Shown here piece after piece: positions 1 through 10,179 of a stretch of DNA of 64,000 nt. The stretch spans positions 320,001 through 384,000 of the forward strand of contig CAVSGO010000007.1 of assembly GCA_963727525.1 (NCBI GenBank), read 5' to 3'. Numbering within the stretch: the first letter of the stretch is position 1; each line of letters starts with the position of its first letter. The position numbers and the translations under genes are program-made. The notes under the pieces are model-generated. The model was not told where the DNA came from and did not search any database. It saw only the letters and a list, made by a program, of their open reading frames with translations. This DNA comes from an uncultured bacterium (GTDB taxonomy: Bacteria > Krumholzibacteriota > Krumholzibacteriia > LZORAL124-64-63).

Positions 1-193
1 TCCCAGTCCCGAAATGATCAAATATCAATCACGGGTCTGGAATTAATCCTATAAAAATCCTGATAACATTAAAAATTTTAGTTGTTCAATATTCAACAAG
101 GTGCTCTCGTGTGCTATCCTGAATGCTGGTTTTCGCAACTCGATTGCCCCGTGCGGAGCGTGCGGGGCCCGTACCCAGTGAAAGGAACCGAGA

Positions 194-3100
194 ATGCGCT
201 TGCGATATTCCCTCGCGGCCATGCTGGTGCTCGTCCTGGCGGCCGGGACGGCGCTGGCCGGTACCCACAGTATTCCCGTATCCGGCGACCATGCTCAGCT
301 CACGCTGGCGAACGAGAGCCCCACGGCTCTGCGGTATCACATCGAGGTAGGCACCCTCGAGGCCATGGATGTCGCGACCAAGGGTGGCGACTTCACGCGC
401 CTGCTCATTCCCGGTTTCCACAGCTCCCAGGTCGACGGCGCTCCCGAGCTGCCGATGATGAATCGGCTGATCAGCGTGCCCTTCGGCGCCACGGCACGGG
501 TCGAGATGACCAACGTGCAGACGCGCACGGTCAAGCTGGCGGACTTCGGCGTCACCAGTGCGCTCATGCCGCACCAGCCGAGCCTGGCGAAGAACCAGGA
601 TCCGGCGACGGTGCCGTTCCTGTACGACGCGGCGGCCTACGCGCAGACCAAGGTCGAGCGTCCGCTCGCGCAGGTCGTGTCCCAGGGCCGGCTGCGCGCC
701 ATGGATATCGCGCGCCTGGAGATCTCGCCGGTGCGGTACCTGCCGGCCAGTGGTGAGCTGGAAGTGGTCTCGAGCTTCGACCTCGCGGTCGATTTCGACG
801 GCGCCGATCAGGCTGCCGGCGAGGCGCTGCGCGCCAGCACGTACAGCCCCTTCTTCCAGGGCCTGTACACCATGGTCGACGGCAACCGGACCTTCCAGGA
901 CGACTACCCCGACCGTGTGGGTGACGTCGTCACGATGGTCATCGTCACGCCGCCCGAGTTCGAGGCCATGCTGGCCGACTACATCGCCTGGAAGACCGAG
1001 CGCGGATTCCGCGTGGTCGTGGGCGTCATCGGCTCCGGCGAGGTGGGCTCCACCACGACGAGCATCCGGACCTACGTGCAGGGCCTGTACAACAACGCCA
1101 CGCCCGAGCTGCCGGCGCCGAGCTTCGTGCTCTTCGTCGGCGACGTGGCCCAGTGCCCGACGTTCCAGGAGTCCGGCGACGCGACCGACCGCCCGTACTG
1201 CGCGGTCGACGCCGACCTGATGCCCGACATGTACTACGGCCGCATGTCGGCCACGAATCCGTCGCAGCTGCAGGCGCAGCTCGACAAGACCATGATGTAC
1301 GAGACCTACTCGATGCCGGATCCCGGCTACCTGGATGAGGTGACGATGATCGCCGGCGTCGACGGGTCCTACGGCCCGGTGTGGGCGAACGGCCAGATCA
1401 ACTACGGCACGTCCACGTACTTCAACGAGGCGCACGGCATCCTGAGCCATACCTACCTCTATCCCGAGTCGGGCAGCGCCGAGGCTCAGATCATCCAGAA
1501 CCTGAACGACGGCGTGGCCTACATCAACTACACGGCGCACGGCAGCGAAACGGGCTGGTACGATCCGGCCCTGACCCAGGCCAACGTCAACTCGTTGACC
1601 AACGCGGGCAAGTACTGCCTCGCGGTCGGCAACTGCTGCCTCACCTCGACCTACGACTACGGCGAGTGCCTCGGCGAGACGTTCCTGCGCGCTCCCAACA
1701 AGGGCGCCGTCGGCTACATCGGCGGTTCCAACTCCACGTACTGGGACGAGGACTACTGGTGGGGCGTCGGCTACACCTCCAGCATCATCGTCAACCCCAC
1801 GTACGCGGGCACGCACCTCGGCGCCTACGACGGCATCTTCCATGAGCACGGCGAGGCGCAGGATGGCTGGTACGTGACCAACGACGCCATCGTGTTCGCC
1901 GGCAACCTCGCCGTGACTGAGGCGGGCTCGAGCCGTATCACGTACTACTGGAATATCTACAATCTGCTGGGCGACCCGTCGCTGTCCACGTGGATCGGCA
2001 TGCCGGACGTGAACCCGGTGACGTACCCGCAGACCGTGTTCGTCGGCACGCCGACCTTCACGATCACCGGCGCCAACGGCACCTACGTCGGCCTGACCCA
2101 GGACGGCGTGCTGGTGGGCAGCGGCACCATCCCCGAGAGCGGCAGCCTCGACATCGCGTACACCCAGGTACTCACGCCCGGTGTGCCCCTGAAGCTGGTC
2201 GCCATGGCGCAGTTCATGGAACCGGTCATCACCGAACTGAACGTGATCGTGCCGGCCACCGTCACGATCAACCCGATGACGATCGACGCCAACACGCCGA
2301 CCGCCATCACCGTCACTGTGATGGACGCCGGCGGCGTGGTGCCGCAGCAGGGCATCAACGTCTGGGCCGAGGGTCTCGAGTATACGACCACTCCGGTGAT
2401 GACGAACGCCAGCGGCGTGGCCGTGATCAACGTCAACTATCCGTACGGCCCGACGCTGGATATCGTCGGCCAGGATCCAAGCGAGACCTACCGGCTGTTC
2501 ACGGAGCAGGTCGCGGTCAACGCCCAGGCGCTGACGAATCCCGACCTCACCGTGACCACTGCGATCGGTCTCGACGATGCCTTCCCGCTGAACCTGCCCG
2601 GCACGCTGCACGCGAGCGTCGGCCAGACCGGCTACACGCTGTACGCGCTCATGCCGGATGGCTCGGTGCTGAGCAGCGCCACGTCGACCCTCACGGCCAC
2701 GGCCACCGAGCCGGGCCAGGTGACGGGTATCATCGCGCGCAGCGGCTACGACCTGTATAGCGAGGCATTCGATGTGATCGAGGCCTACGGCACCGTGAGC
2801 GGCACAGTCACCACCGGCGGCTCCCCGCTGACCGGCGTCACCGTGCATATGTTCGATGGCGCCAATGAGGTCTTCGCGGCCACGACGAACGGCAGCGGCG
2901 TCTATACCGCGCCCGAGGACATTCTCGTCGCCAACTACACCATCGTGGTGGATCACTTCGGCTATCTGCACTTCGAGCAGGGCGTGTTCGTGAATTATGG
3001 CGCGAACACGTTCGATATCGCGCTCACGGCGGCCCCTTCGGGTACCCTGAGCGGCCACGTGTACGACTCCGTGTCGTTGGATCCGCTCGAGGGCGCCACG

Positions 3101-4945
3101 GTGCAGGTGTACCGCGCGGACGACGGCAGCCTGTACACCACCGCGACCTGCGACGCGTCGGGTGCGTACATGTCTAGCGTCCTGCCGTACTTCACCTACA
3201 ACATCCGCGTGCGTGCGTGGCATCACGTGCCGGTGACGGCCGAGGTCGTCGTCACCGAAGCGAGCACGGAGAAGGACTGGCTGCTCGATCCCACGATGGG
3301 CGACCTGGTGCTCATCGACGACGGCGCCAAGTCGGCGTTCGTCGAGGCGAAGATCGACGGCAAGGACCAGCAGATGGTCGCGCCCGAGTACACCCGCGAC
3401 GGTGGCAAGAGCGCCACCGAACTGGCGGCCGATCTGGAGGACCTGGGCTACTTCGTCACCATGGAGGACGCGGCGTCCGTCGATCCGGCCACGTTCGAGA
3501 ATTACGACCTGGTCATCCTGACCTGCGGCGACAACACGACCACGCTGGCCAACGCGGCACTGAAGACTGGCCTCGTGCAGTTCGCCCAGCAGGGTGGGCA
3601 CATCCTGCTCGAGGGCGGCGAACTGGGCTACAACCAGTATGCCGATGCCAGCTTCGCCACCTGGGTCCTGCACTCCAACGACTGGAACCACGACTCGGCC
3701 GGCACCATCCAGATCGGTGCCTCGAGCCACGCCGTGGCGACGATCCCCAACGACCTGACCAACACCACGATCGATCTCAATTACGTCGGCTACGGCGACA
3801 GCGACGGCATGGTGCCCCTGGCGGATGCGACGGCGGTGGCCGTGTGGACATCGTATGCCACCGAGGCCAGCATCATCGCCTACGATCCGAATCCGGCGCC
3901 CAATGGTGGCCAGATCGTCTACTTCTGCTTCAATTACGCGGCGGCGGGCGCCGAGCGCGTGCAACTGCTCGAGAACGCAGTGATCTATCTGCTGACGCCG
4001 GAAGCCGGCACCTGCAGCGTGAGCGGCCACGCCACGCTGTCCGGCCAGAGCGACGCCAGCGGCATCACCGTGCGGGCCATCCCCAACGGCGGCGTCGTCA
4101 CGACGGGTGCCGACGGTGCCTACACCCTCGAGGGTCTGTTCGCGGGCCCGTACACCATCGTGGCCTCGAAGGACGGCTGGTCGTCCGATTCGGCGACTGT
4201 GTCACTGGGCGACAACGAGCACCTCACAGGTGTCGACTTCACGCTCACGCCCACGGCGACGACCGACTACTGCACACAGCCGGCCTCGCCGATCAACGAC
4301 AATCAGACCACGACAAGCGTCATGCCGATTGCCGACACGGGCACGGTGTCCGAGATCGCCGTGTACGTGGACATCACGCACACCTACATCGGCGACCTCA
4401 TCGTCACGCTGACCGCGCCCGATGGTACGGCCGTCATGCTGCACAATCGCAGCGGCGGCACCACCGATGACATCCTCGGCTGGTATCCCGACGACATCAC
4501 GCCGGCGGGCGACCTGGCCTCGATGATCGGGTGCCCCGTGGCTGGCGACTGGACGCTCACGGTGAGCGACAACGCCGGCGGTGATACCGGCACGCTCAAC
4601 GAATGGTGCGTGCGCATCACCCACGGCACCGGCGGGGCCACCGCCGTGGCCGACGACGCCATGCCGGCGGCGTTCCACGCCTACGCCAACTATCCGAACC
4701 CGTTCAACCCGATGACGGCGATCAAGTTCGATCTGCCTCACGCGTCCCATGTGCGCCTGCACGTGTACGACCTCGCCGGCCGTCTGGTGAAGACGCTGGT
4801 GAACGAGGACCGCGCGGCTGCATCGCATACCGTGGTGTGGAACGGCACGGACGACACCGGTCACCGTGTCGCGAGCGGCATCTACTACTACCGCCTCAGC
4901 ACCGACACCGACCACGCCATCGGCAAGATGACCTTGGTCAAGTAA
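194..4945 (+). CDS. Secreted gingipain-like cysteine peptidase (family C25) with propeptide, carboxypeptidase-regulatory-like repeats, proprotein-convertase P domain and FlgD-Ig/T9SS-like CTD
   Basis: Signal peptide; RBS AAAGGA upstream; C25 motifs FVLFVGD, DMYYGR, INYTAHG (catalytic His), AVGNCC (catalytic Cys), YNLLGDP; P-domain VDITHTYIGDL...GDWTLTVSDNAGGDTGTLNEW; C-terminal NYPNPFNPMT...GKMTLVK. Confidence 0.92.
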   Translation: MRLRYSLAAMLVLVLAAGTALAGTHSIPVSGDHAQLTLANESPTALRYHIEVGTLEAMDVATKGGDFTRLLIPGFHSSQVDGAPELPMMNRLISVPFGATARVEMTNVQTRTVKLADFGVTSALMPHQPSLAKNQDPATVPFLYDAAAYAQTKVERPLAQVVSQGRLRAMDIARLEISPVRYLPASGELEVVSSFDLAVDFDGADQAAGEALRASTYSPFFQGLYTMVDGNRTFQDDYPDRVGDVVTMVIVTPPEFEAMLADYIAWKTERGFRVVVGVIGSGEVGSTTTSIRTYVQGLYNNATPELPAPSFVLFVGDVAQCPTFQESGDATDRPYCAVDADLMPDMYYGRMSATNPSQLQAQLDKTMMYETYSMPDPGYLDEVTMIAGVDGSYGPVWANGQINYGTSTYFNEAHGILSHTYLYPESGSAEAQIIQNLNDGVAYINYTAHGSETGWYDPALTQANVNSLTNAGKYCLAVGNCCLTSTYDYGECLGETFLRAPNKGAVGYIGGSNSTYWDEDYWWGVGYTSSIIVNPTYAGTHLGAYDGIFHEHGEAQDGWYVTNDAIVFAGNLAVTEAGSSRITYYWNIYNLLGDPSLSTWIGMPDVNPVTYPQTVFVGTPTFTITGANGTYVGLTQDGVLVGSGTIPESGSLDIAYTQVLTPGVPLKLVAMAQFMEPVITELNVIVPATVTINPMTIDANTPTAITVTVMDAGGVVPQQGINVWAEGLEYTTTPVMTNASGVAVINVNYPYGPTLDIVGQDPSETYRLFTEQVAVNAQALTNPDLTVTTAIGLDDAFPLNLPGTLHASVGQTGYTLYALMPDGSVLSSATSTLTATATEPGQVTGIIARSGYDLYSEAFDVIEAYGTVSGTVTTGGSPLTGVTVHMFDGANEVFAATTNGSGVYTAPEDILVANYTIVVDHFGYLHFEQGVFVNYGANTFDIALTAAPSGTLSGHVYDSVSLDPLEGATVQVYRADDGSLYTTATCDASGAYMSSVLPYFTYNIRVRAWHHVPVTAEVVVTEASTEKDWLLDPTMGDLVLIDDGAKSAFVEAKIDGKDQQMVAPEYTRDGGKSATELAADLEDLGYFVTMEDAASVDPATFENYDLVILTCGDNTTTLANAALKTGLVQFAQQGGHILLEGGELGYNQYADASFATWVLHSNDWNHDSAGTIQIGASSHAVATIPNDLTNTTIDLNYVGYGDSDGMVPLADATAVAVWTSYATEASIIAYDPNPAPNGGQIVYFCFNYAAAGAERVQLLENAVIYLLTPEAGTCSVSGHATLSGQSDASGITVRAIPNGGVVTTGADGAYTLEGLFAGPYTIVASKDGWSSDSATVSLGDNEHLTGVDFTLTPTATTDYCTQPASPINDNQTTTSVMPIADTGTVSEIAVYVDITHTYIGDLIVTLTAPDGTAVMLHNRSGGTTDDILGWYPDDITPAGDLASMIGCPVAGDWTLTVSDNAGGDTGTLNEWCVRITHGTGGATAVADDAMPAAFHAYANYPNPFNPMTAIKFDLPHASHVRLHVYDLAGRLVKTLVNEDRAAASHTVVWNGTDDTGHRVASGIYYYRLSTDTDHAIGKMTLVK

Positions 4946-4967
4946 CCGGCCGCGCAATCGGTACGGA

Positions 4968-4999
4968 ACGTGCGGGGAGCCCTGTGGCTCCCCGCACGT
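4968..4999 (+). terminator. Intrinsic terminator-like hairpin after the C25 gene
   Basis: Perfect 14-bp stem ACGTGCGGGGAGCC / GGCTCCCCGCACGT with 4-nt loop CTGT, 22 nt after the stop; weak U-tract. Confidence 0.6.
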
Positions 5000-5136
5000 G
5001 TTCGAATCCAGAAAGTCGATATTCATAAATCAGATGATTTTGTTCTTTTATGGCGAGCCGTGGCCGTGGCACCATTCCCGGCGAAACGCCGGCAGAGGGA
5101 GACGCCGGTACGCACCCGCAACGGAAGGCCACGCCG

Positions 5137-5691
5137 ATGACCCCCCGACTCCTCGACCACCCGTTCTACCGCGCCTGGATCGACGGCACCGTCACTCCCG
5201 CGCAGCTTGCCGATTACCACGCGTCGTATGCCCAGTTCATCGACGCGATCCCGCGCTACTGGCAGCGGGTTGTCGACGCACTCGACCGCGACAGCCCCGT
5301 GGGGGCCGCCATCGTGGACGAGGAGAGGCAGCACATCGCCCTCTGGGAGCGCTGGCGTACGGGGTTGCCGGAAACGTCGCGTCCGCACGGCATGGACGAT
5401 ATCTGCGAGCATTTCGACGCATTGCCGCCGGCCGCCCTGCTCGGCGCGCTCCATGCATTCGAGGTCCAGCAACCCGAGGTCGCACTTACCAAGCGGGAAG
5501 GTCTGATACGCTGGTACGGCTGCGCGGAGGCCGATGTCACCTATTTCGATGCTCACCTCGCCGAGGAGCCGCATCTGGAGTACGGCCGCGATCTCGCCGC
5601 GCGACTCGTCTCGCACGAGGAGTTCGAGGCGGGCTTCGCCAGAAGCGCCGAGGTGCTCTTCACGAGCCTCGATCGCTTCCTGGACACCTGA
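5137..5691 (+). CDS. Heme-oxygenase-like diiron enzyme, CADD/PqqC-like
   Basis: LDHPFYRAW...QLADY, DEERQH, FEVQQPEVALTKREGL and YFDAHLAEEPH match the CADD-family pattern; ATG at 5137 follows GGAAGG (track ORF starts at 5050). Confidence 0.8.
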   Translation: MTPRLLDHPFYRAWIDGTVTPAQLADYHASYAQFIDAIPRYWQRVVDALDRDSPVGAAIVDEERQHIALWERWRTGLPETSRPHGMDDICEHFDALPPAALLGALHAFEVQQPEVALTKREGLIRWYGCAEADVTYFDAHLAEEPHLEYGRDLAARLVSHEEFEAGFARSAEVLFTSLDRFLDT

Positions 5692-5799
5692 TGTCGCCAA
5701 GCGGTGTCACCGCGGCGCTCTTTGTCACGCCAGCGTGACGTCCGGCGCGAGCCTTTCGCGCGTAAATCCCGTCGCAACTGGATTTTGCAGCATCGGATC

Positions 5800-5808
5800 T
5801 GCTATAAT
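5800..5808 (+). promoter_or_regulatory. Extended -10 sigma70-type promoter element upstream of the M14 peptidase
   Basis: TG-C-TATAAT about 75 nt upstream of the start; a similar TGCTATCCT lies at 112-120 upstream of the C25 gene. Confidence 0.45.
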
Positions 5809-5882
5809 TGAAGACGGAAAAACCGCGGGCACCTCGGTGCCCGCAGCGCCTCGCCGACTCGTGACCCGGAGGACGTTCCACG

Positions 5883-8444
5883 ATGATGTCGCGCTCGATC
5901 CGCCTGCCGCTCGCGCTGGTTCTGCTGGCCCTGCTCTGCGGCGTCGCCGCCGCCGCCGACCTTGCCATCCCGGTCGATCGTGATGGCCTACCCCAGTGGG
6001 TCCCGGCACAATGGAACGATTTCCCCGTACGGCTCACCGTCGCCACGCGCGAGGACCTCGACGCTCTGCTGGCGCGCGTCCCCATCGCGAGCTTCTCGCG
6101 TGAGCAGGTCTCCACCGTGCACACGACGCCCAAGGATCTGCACATCGTATTCCAGCCGCGCGTGACGGCGAGCGAGTTCGACGCGCTCGTGGCGGCCGGG
6201 TACGCCCCGGTGAAGGTGCGTGATCTCGATCGTGAGGGCCGCGAGGACGCGGAGCAGGTGTGGGCGCAGATGGCGCGCGAGGGCAAGTCGGCTGCGCTCG
6301 ACACGTACCCGCTCACGTACTACCCGACCAACGATCAGATCGGCACCATGCTGCAGACGCTGGCGTCAACCTATCCCGACAAGGCTGCCTACTTCACCTG
6401 GGGGCAGTCGGTCGCCGGGCGCACGCTCCACGGCATCCACATCACGGACAACGTGATGACGGCCGAAGCCGAGCCCGAGGTGCGTATCAGCTCGAGCATG
6501 CACGGCGACGAGGTCGTCGGCCTGGTCTTGACGCTCGACTTCGCCTACTACCTGCTGGAAAACTACGGTCAGGCTGGTCACGAGGATGTCACCAACCTCG
6601 TCGACAACTACGACATCACGCTCATGCCGTCGTACAACCCGGACGGCACGGCCCTCGACCAGCGCTACAACCAGAACGGTGTCGACCTCAATCGCAACTT
6701 TCCGCTGCCGGCCGGGACCGATCCGATCCAGGAGCTGGAAAACGTCAACTTCATGAACTTCTGCAACGCCCGCCACGCGGTGCTCAGCGAGAACTACCAC
6801 GGCGGTTCGCTGGTCGTGAACTACCCCTGGGACTACACGTACACGCTTGCGCCCGACGATGCCGCCCTCATTCAGATGTCCCTCGAGTACAGCACCTACA
6901 ACCTGCCCATGTACAACGGCGCCTTCGATCACGGCATCACCAACGGCGCTGCCTGGTACGTCGTCTACGGATCGTTGCAAGACTGGTGCTACGACCAGAC
7001 CGACGACATCAACGTCACGATCGAGGTCTCGAACACCAAGTGGCCCTCCGCGGGCACGCTGGCCGGATTCTGGAACGACAACCGCGAGAGCCTCATGCAC
7101 TGGGTGAAGTCGGCGCGCTATGGCGTGAACGGCGTCGTCACCGCCGCCGACACCGGCCTGCCGCTGGCCGCCACCGTCACCGTGAACGGGATCTCCACCG
7201 AGGTGCACACCGATCCCGCCGCCGGCGACTACTACAAGCTGCTTCCCACGGGCACGTATACGATCACCTACGAGGCGACAGGCTACGTTCCGCAAACGCT
7301 CACGGGTGTCGCCACCACCTGGGGCACACCGACCGTGCAGGACGTGGTGATGCAGCCGCTGGCGCAGGGCCTCGTCAGCGGCACCGTGACCGATCCCAGC
7401 GGTCAGGGTCTGGATGCGCTGATCGAGATCAGGAGCTGGCCGCAGGGCGAGTTGGTCGACTCCGTCAGCAGCGACGCCGCCAGCGGCGGTGCCTTCTCCA
7501 CGTCGCTCTTCTACGGAGACTACACGTTCACCGCGAGCGCGCCCGACCACTTCACCGAATCGCAACAGGTGACGATCGGCGCCACGCCGGCCACCGTAGA
7601 CTTCGTGCTCGGCGGCATGGTCACGAGCTACCCCGTGGTGGAAGACTTCGAGTCGGGCCCGGGCGCCTTCACCGGCGACTGGTTCGTCACCGACACCACG
7701 GGCCACAACAGCACCCACAGCATGACGGACAGCGAGGGCAATTACGCCAGCAGCACCACCACGTACTGCAATCTCGAAACGAGCGTGAACCTGGTGGGCG
7801 TGATGGACCCAGCCGTCAGTTTCTACGCGAAGTGGAGCATCGAGAACAACTGGGACGCCGTGTTCTTCGAGATCTCCACGGACGGCGGCTCCGCCTGGAC
7901 CGCGCTCGCCACCACGTACACGAACGCCGCCAGCGGCCAGGGCGCACAGCTTCCTGCCGGCACGCCCTGCTTCGATGGCAGCCAGGCCAACTGGGTCTAC
8001 AACGTGGTCGACCTGACGCCTTACATCGGCGAGTCTGACGTCAGCTTCCGGTTCCGCCTGTCCTCGGACACCAGCATCAATTACGACGGCTTCTACTTCG
8101 ACGACTTCCAGATCAAGATCGTCACCGAGACCGGTGGCGAGACCCCGGTCTCCGACACGCCGATCGCCATCGCGGCCGACGTTGCGGCCTATCCGAACCC
8201 ATTCAATCCTCAGACCACGCTCAAGTTCATGAACCCGCGCGCCGGCCACGTCCAGCTGGCGATCTTCGACCTGCAGGGCCGCCACATGCGGTCCCTCGTG
8301 GACGGCGAATTTGCCGCCGGCACCCACGACGTGACGTGGGACGGCCGCGGCGACGACGGACGACCGGCCGGCAGCGGGATCTACCTCGCGCGCCTGAAGG
8401 CCGACGATTCCTCCGCCAGTGCCAAGCTGATGCTCGTGAAGTGA
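5883..8444 (+). CDS. Secreted zinc carboxypeptidase (family M14) with carboxypeptidase-regulatory domains, jelly-roll domain and FlgD-Ig/T9SS-like CTD
   Basis: Signal peptide; SSMHGDE (HxxE), NPDG, DLNRNFP, NYHGG, YPWD, TIEVS; C-terminal AYPNPFNPQT...AKLMLVK. Confidence 0.92.
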   Translation: MMSRSIRLPLALVLLALLCGVAAAADLAIPVDRDGLPQWVPAQWNDFPVRLTVATREDLDALLARVPIASFSREQVSTVHTTPKDLHIVFQPRVTASEFDALVAAGYAPVKVRDLDREGREDAEQVWAQMAREGKSAALDTYPLTYYPTNDQIGTMLQTLASTYPDKAAYFTWGQSVAGRTLHGIHITDNVMTAEAEPEVRISSSMHGDEVVGLVLTLDFAYYLLENYGQAGHEDVTNLVDNYDITLMPSYNPDGTALDQRYNQNGVDLNRNFPLPAGTDPIQELENVNFMNFCNARHAVLSENYHGGSLVVNYPWDYTYTLAPDDAALIQMSLEYSTYNLPMYNGAFDHGITNGAAWYVVYGSLQDWCYDQTDDINVTIEVSNTKWPSAGTLAGFWNDNRESLMHWVKSARYGVNGVVTAADTGLPLAATVTVNGISTEVHTDPAAGDYYKLLPTGTYTITYEATGYVPQTLTGVATTWGTPTVQDVVMQPLAQGLVSGTVTDPSGQGLDALIEIRSWPQGELVDSVSSDAASGGAFSTSLFYGDYTFTASAPDHFTESQQVTIGATPATVDFVLGGMVTSYPVVEDFESGPGAFTGDWFVTDTTGHNSTHSMTDSEGNYASSTTTYCNLETSVNLVGVMDPAVSFYAKWSIENNWDAVFFEISTDGGSAWTALATTYTNAASGQGAQLPAGTPCFDGSQANWVYNVVDLTPYIGESDVSFRFRLSSDTSINYDGFYFDDFQIKIVTETGGETPVSDTPIAIAADVAAYPNPFNPQTTLKFMNPRAGHVQLAIFDLQGRHMRSLVDGEFAAGTHDVTWDGRGDDGRPAGSGIYLARLKADDSSASAKLMLVK

Positions 8445-8461
8445 CAACTTGACGGCGCGCA

Positions 8462-8587
8462 GAGGCCCGGCAGCCACCCTCCGACTGCCGGGCCTCGTCT
8501 CGTCACCGACATTCGACACGCCACCCACACACAACGCGACCCGCACCTCACGCCACCATCGAAAGGTGGCGCACGGTGCGGGTCGCG
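8462..8587. terminator. Two hairpins between convergent genes
   Basis: GAGGCCCGGCAG/CTGCCGGGCCTC at 8462-8496 and CGCGACCCGCACC..CGCCACC/GGTGGCG..GGTGCGGGTCGCG at 8535-8587. Confidence 0.5.
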
Positions 8588-8605
8588 AATCGTCGATCGC
8601 GGACG

Positions 8606-8926
8606 CTAGTTCGTGAGGTTCATCGCCCGGCGCAAACGGCGCTTCAGGCGATGGATCTTACGCCGCTCGAACCGCAGCTTGGCGGGGTCCTTGGCCTCAA
8701 GAGCGGCATCGCGCGCCTGCTTGTGGCTCCGGATCTTCGCCTTCACCGCCGTCTTGTCGAGTCCCTCGATCACCTTGTGCGGCTTCTCGATCCCCATCAA
8801 CTGCGCGAGTTCCTCGACGAGCTGATCCTTCTTCCAGGAAAGCACGCCTTGAACCTGCGGCGCCTTCTCCTTCATCATGTCGCGGAGATCTGCCACCCGC
8901 TTCTTCTGCAACTCATGCCAGTCCAC
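8606..8926 (-). CDS. Small basic hypothetical protein with a Rho N-terminal-like helix-extension-helix and a basic coiled-coil tail
   Basis: ELQKKRVADLRDM...KKDQLVEEL pattern; RBS GGGAGGA upstream; typical codon usage. Confidence 0.7.
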   Translation of the reverse strand: MDWHELQKKRVADLRDMMKEKAPQVQGVLSWKKDQLVEELAQLMGIEKPHKVIEGLDKTAVKAKIRSHKQARDAALEAKDPAKLRFERRKIHRLKRRLRRAMNLTN

Positions 8927-9144
8927 GCATCATCCTCCCACACACAAAGAGACGACTGCCCCGGCCCGGTCCCAGGGCAGAGAATCGACGCCCCATTGTC
9001 GTCAATTCGCCGCGGGATGTCAACCTGCCGGCCCGGTCATGCGGCCGAGACGAGCGCCGATACCCCTCTTCCGCGCCGCCCATCCGCCTCACATCACGGA
9101 CCAGACAAGTTGAGAATTTCGCGTCATTTGTCGCCTCTCAACGC

Positions 9145-10179
9145 CTAGCCCGGCTCGATCCGCCCCTCTCGCTCGTGCCAGAACCGATGGCAGCGGCTGC
9201 AAAGGGTGATCAGATTCTCGGGTCGATTGGGGCCCCCCTGGCCTCGCGGCACGATGTGATGCACTTCGAGAAAGTGCGCCGCGTCACACCCAGGCGTGGC
9301 GCACCGATATCGGTCGCGCGCAAGCACCGCTGCCCGGATCTTCGGCGGAATCGTGGCGCGATTTGGCGCCCATGTGCCATCGCGGACCCGGGCATCGCAG
9401 ACCGTTGCGGCCGCGTCATTCGGAGAGAGGCGCTTCTCACCGTGACTGGTGACAGCCGCGGCAGCCTCGCACGTCGGACACTGCCGGACGATGATCTGGA
9501 CCGGCGGCCGCCCCGTAGCCGTGGTGCCGGCACCAATGGCCTCATCCCCGGTCCCCCCGGCCAGCGCCGCCAGGGCGGCGAGCAGGATCTCCTCACGCGT
9601 TGTCTCGCTCAATACGTGCCGCCGTTTGCGCACCTTCTCGATCAGCGCTTCGAACCGCGCGAGCTGGATCCCGTCGAGCCTGAAGCTGACCGTCGTGGGC
9701 GGATCCTCCTGCGGCCGCGCCTCTGGTGCCGGCACCATTGCGAGCTGGGCGGCGGGCGATTTCACCCTCTTCGCCCGGGCCTTCCTGACCTCGACGGCGA
9801 GCTCGCGGCGCCCGAGCCGACTCGCCTTCTCGACCCAATTAGTCTCCGTGGCCGGCGTAGCGACCGCCCCGACCTGCTGGGCCTTCGTCCAGCCGATCGA
9901 ACCATCAGCGACAGCGGCACGCAGTCGGGGAAGGCGTTCGAGATCGTCTGCGAGGCGTCTGAATCGGAAGTAGCGATCGCGTGAGAACCCGAGGGACTGG
10001 GTGGCATAGAGTTCCAGGGATGGCTGGCCGAGGTCGCGGTATAGCCGCCTCTGTGCGACCTCAGCGAACCAGAGGACAGCGCACTGCTGAGCCTGTTCGC
10101 AGACCTCGAGTGCTGCGCGAAGCGCATGGTCGACCGACTCGGCGGCAAGGCCGGGGGTGAAGGCCGGGAGCTGGGGCAT
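9145..10179 (-). CDS. HNH endonuclease with long N-terminal helical region
   Basis: C-terminal VLARDRYRCATPGC...LEVHHIVPRGQGGPNRPENLITLCSRCH; extra CPTC motif; start at 10179 (MPQLPAF) chosen over the AT-rich extension to 10275. Confidence 0.85.
   Translation of the reverse strand: MPQLPAFTPGLAAESVDHALRAALEVCEQAQQCAVLWFAEVAQRRLYRDLGQPSLELYATQSLGFSRDRYFRFRRLADDLERLPRLRAAVADGSIGWTKAQQVGAVATPATETNWVEKASRLGRRELAVEVRKARAKRVKSPAAQLAMVPAPEARPQEDPPTTVSFRLDGIQLARFEALIEKVRKRRHVLSETTREEILLAALAALAGGTGDEAIGAGTTATGRPPVQIIVRQCPTCEAAAAVTSHGEKRLSPNDAAATVCDARVRDGTWAPNRATIPPKIRAAVLARDRYRCATPGCDAAHFLEVHHIVPRGQGGPNRPENLITLCSRCHRFWHEREGRIEPG

Noticed and set aside
1-120. AT-rich stretch with near-palindrome TTGTTCAATATTCAACAA (82-99)
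   Set aside because: Consistent with an ordinary promoter region, truncated by the window edge; no specific regulator assignable
86-4030. Very long antisense ORFs (also 6366..8546, 19559..21700, 30041..32389, 37263..39974, 57422..60631)
   Set aside because: Shadow frames opposite well-supported genes, expected from high-GC codon bias; no recognisable motifs
194-4945. C25 protein as the T9SS sortase PorU
   Set aside because: Architecture (C25 propeptide, adhesin-like and P domains, CTD) fits a gingipain-like cargo, and it is not next to the PorV-like gene
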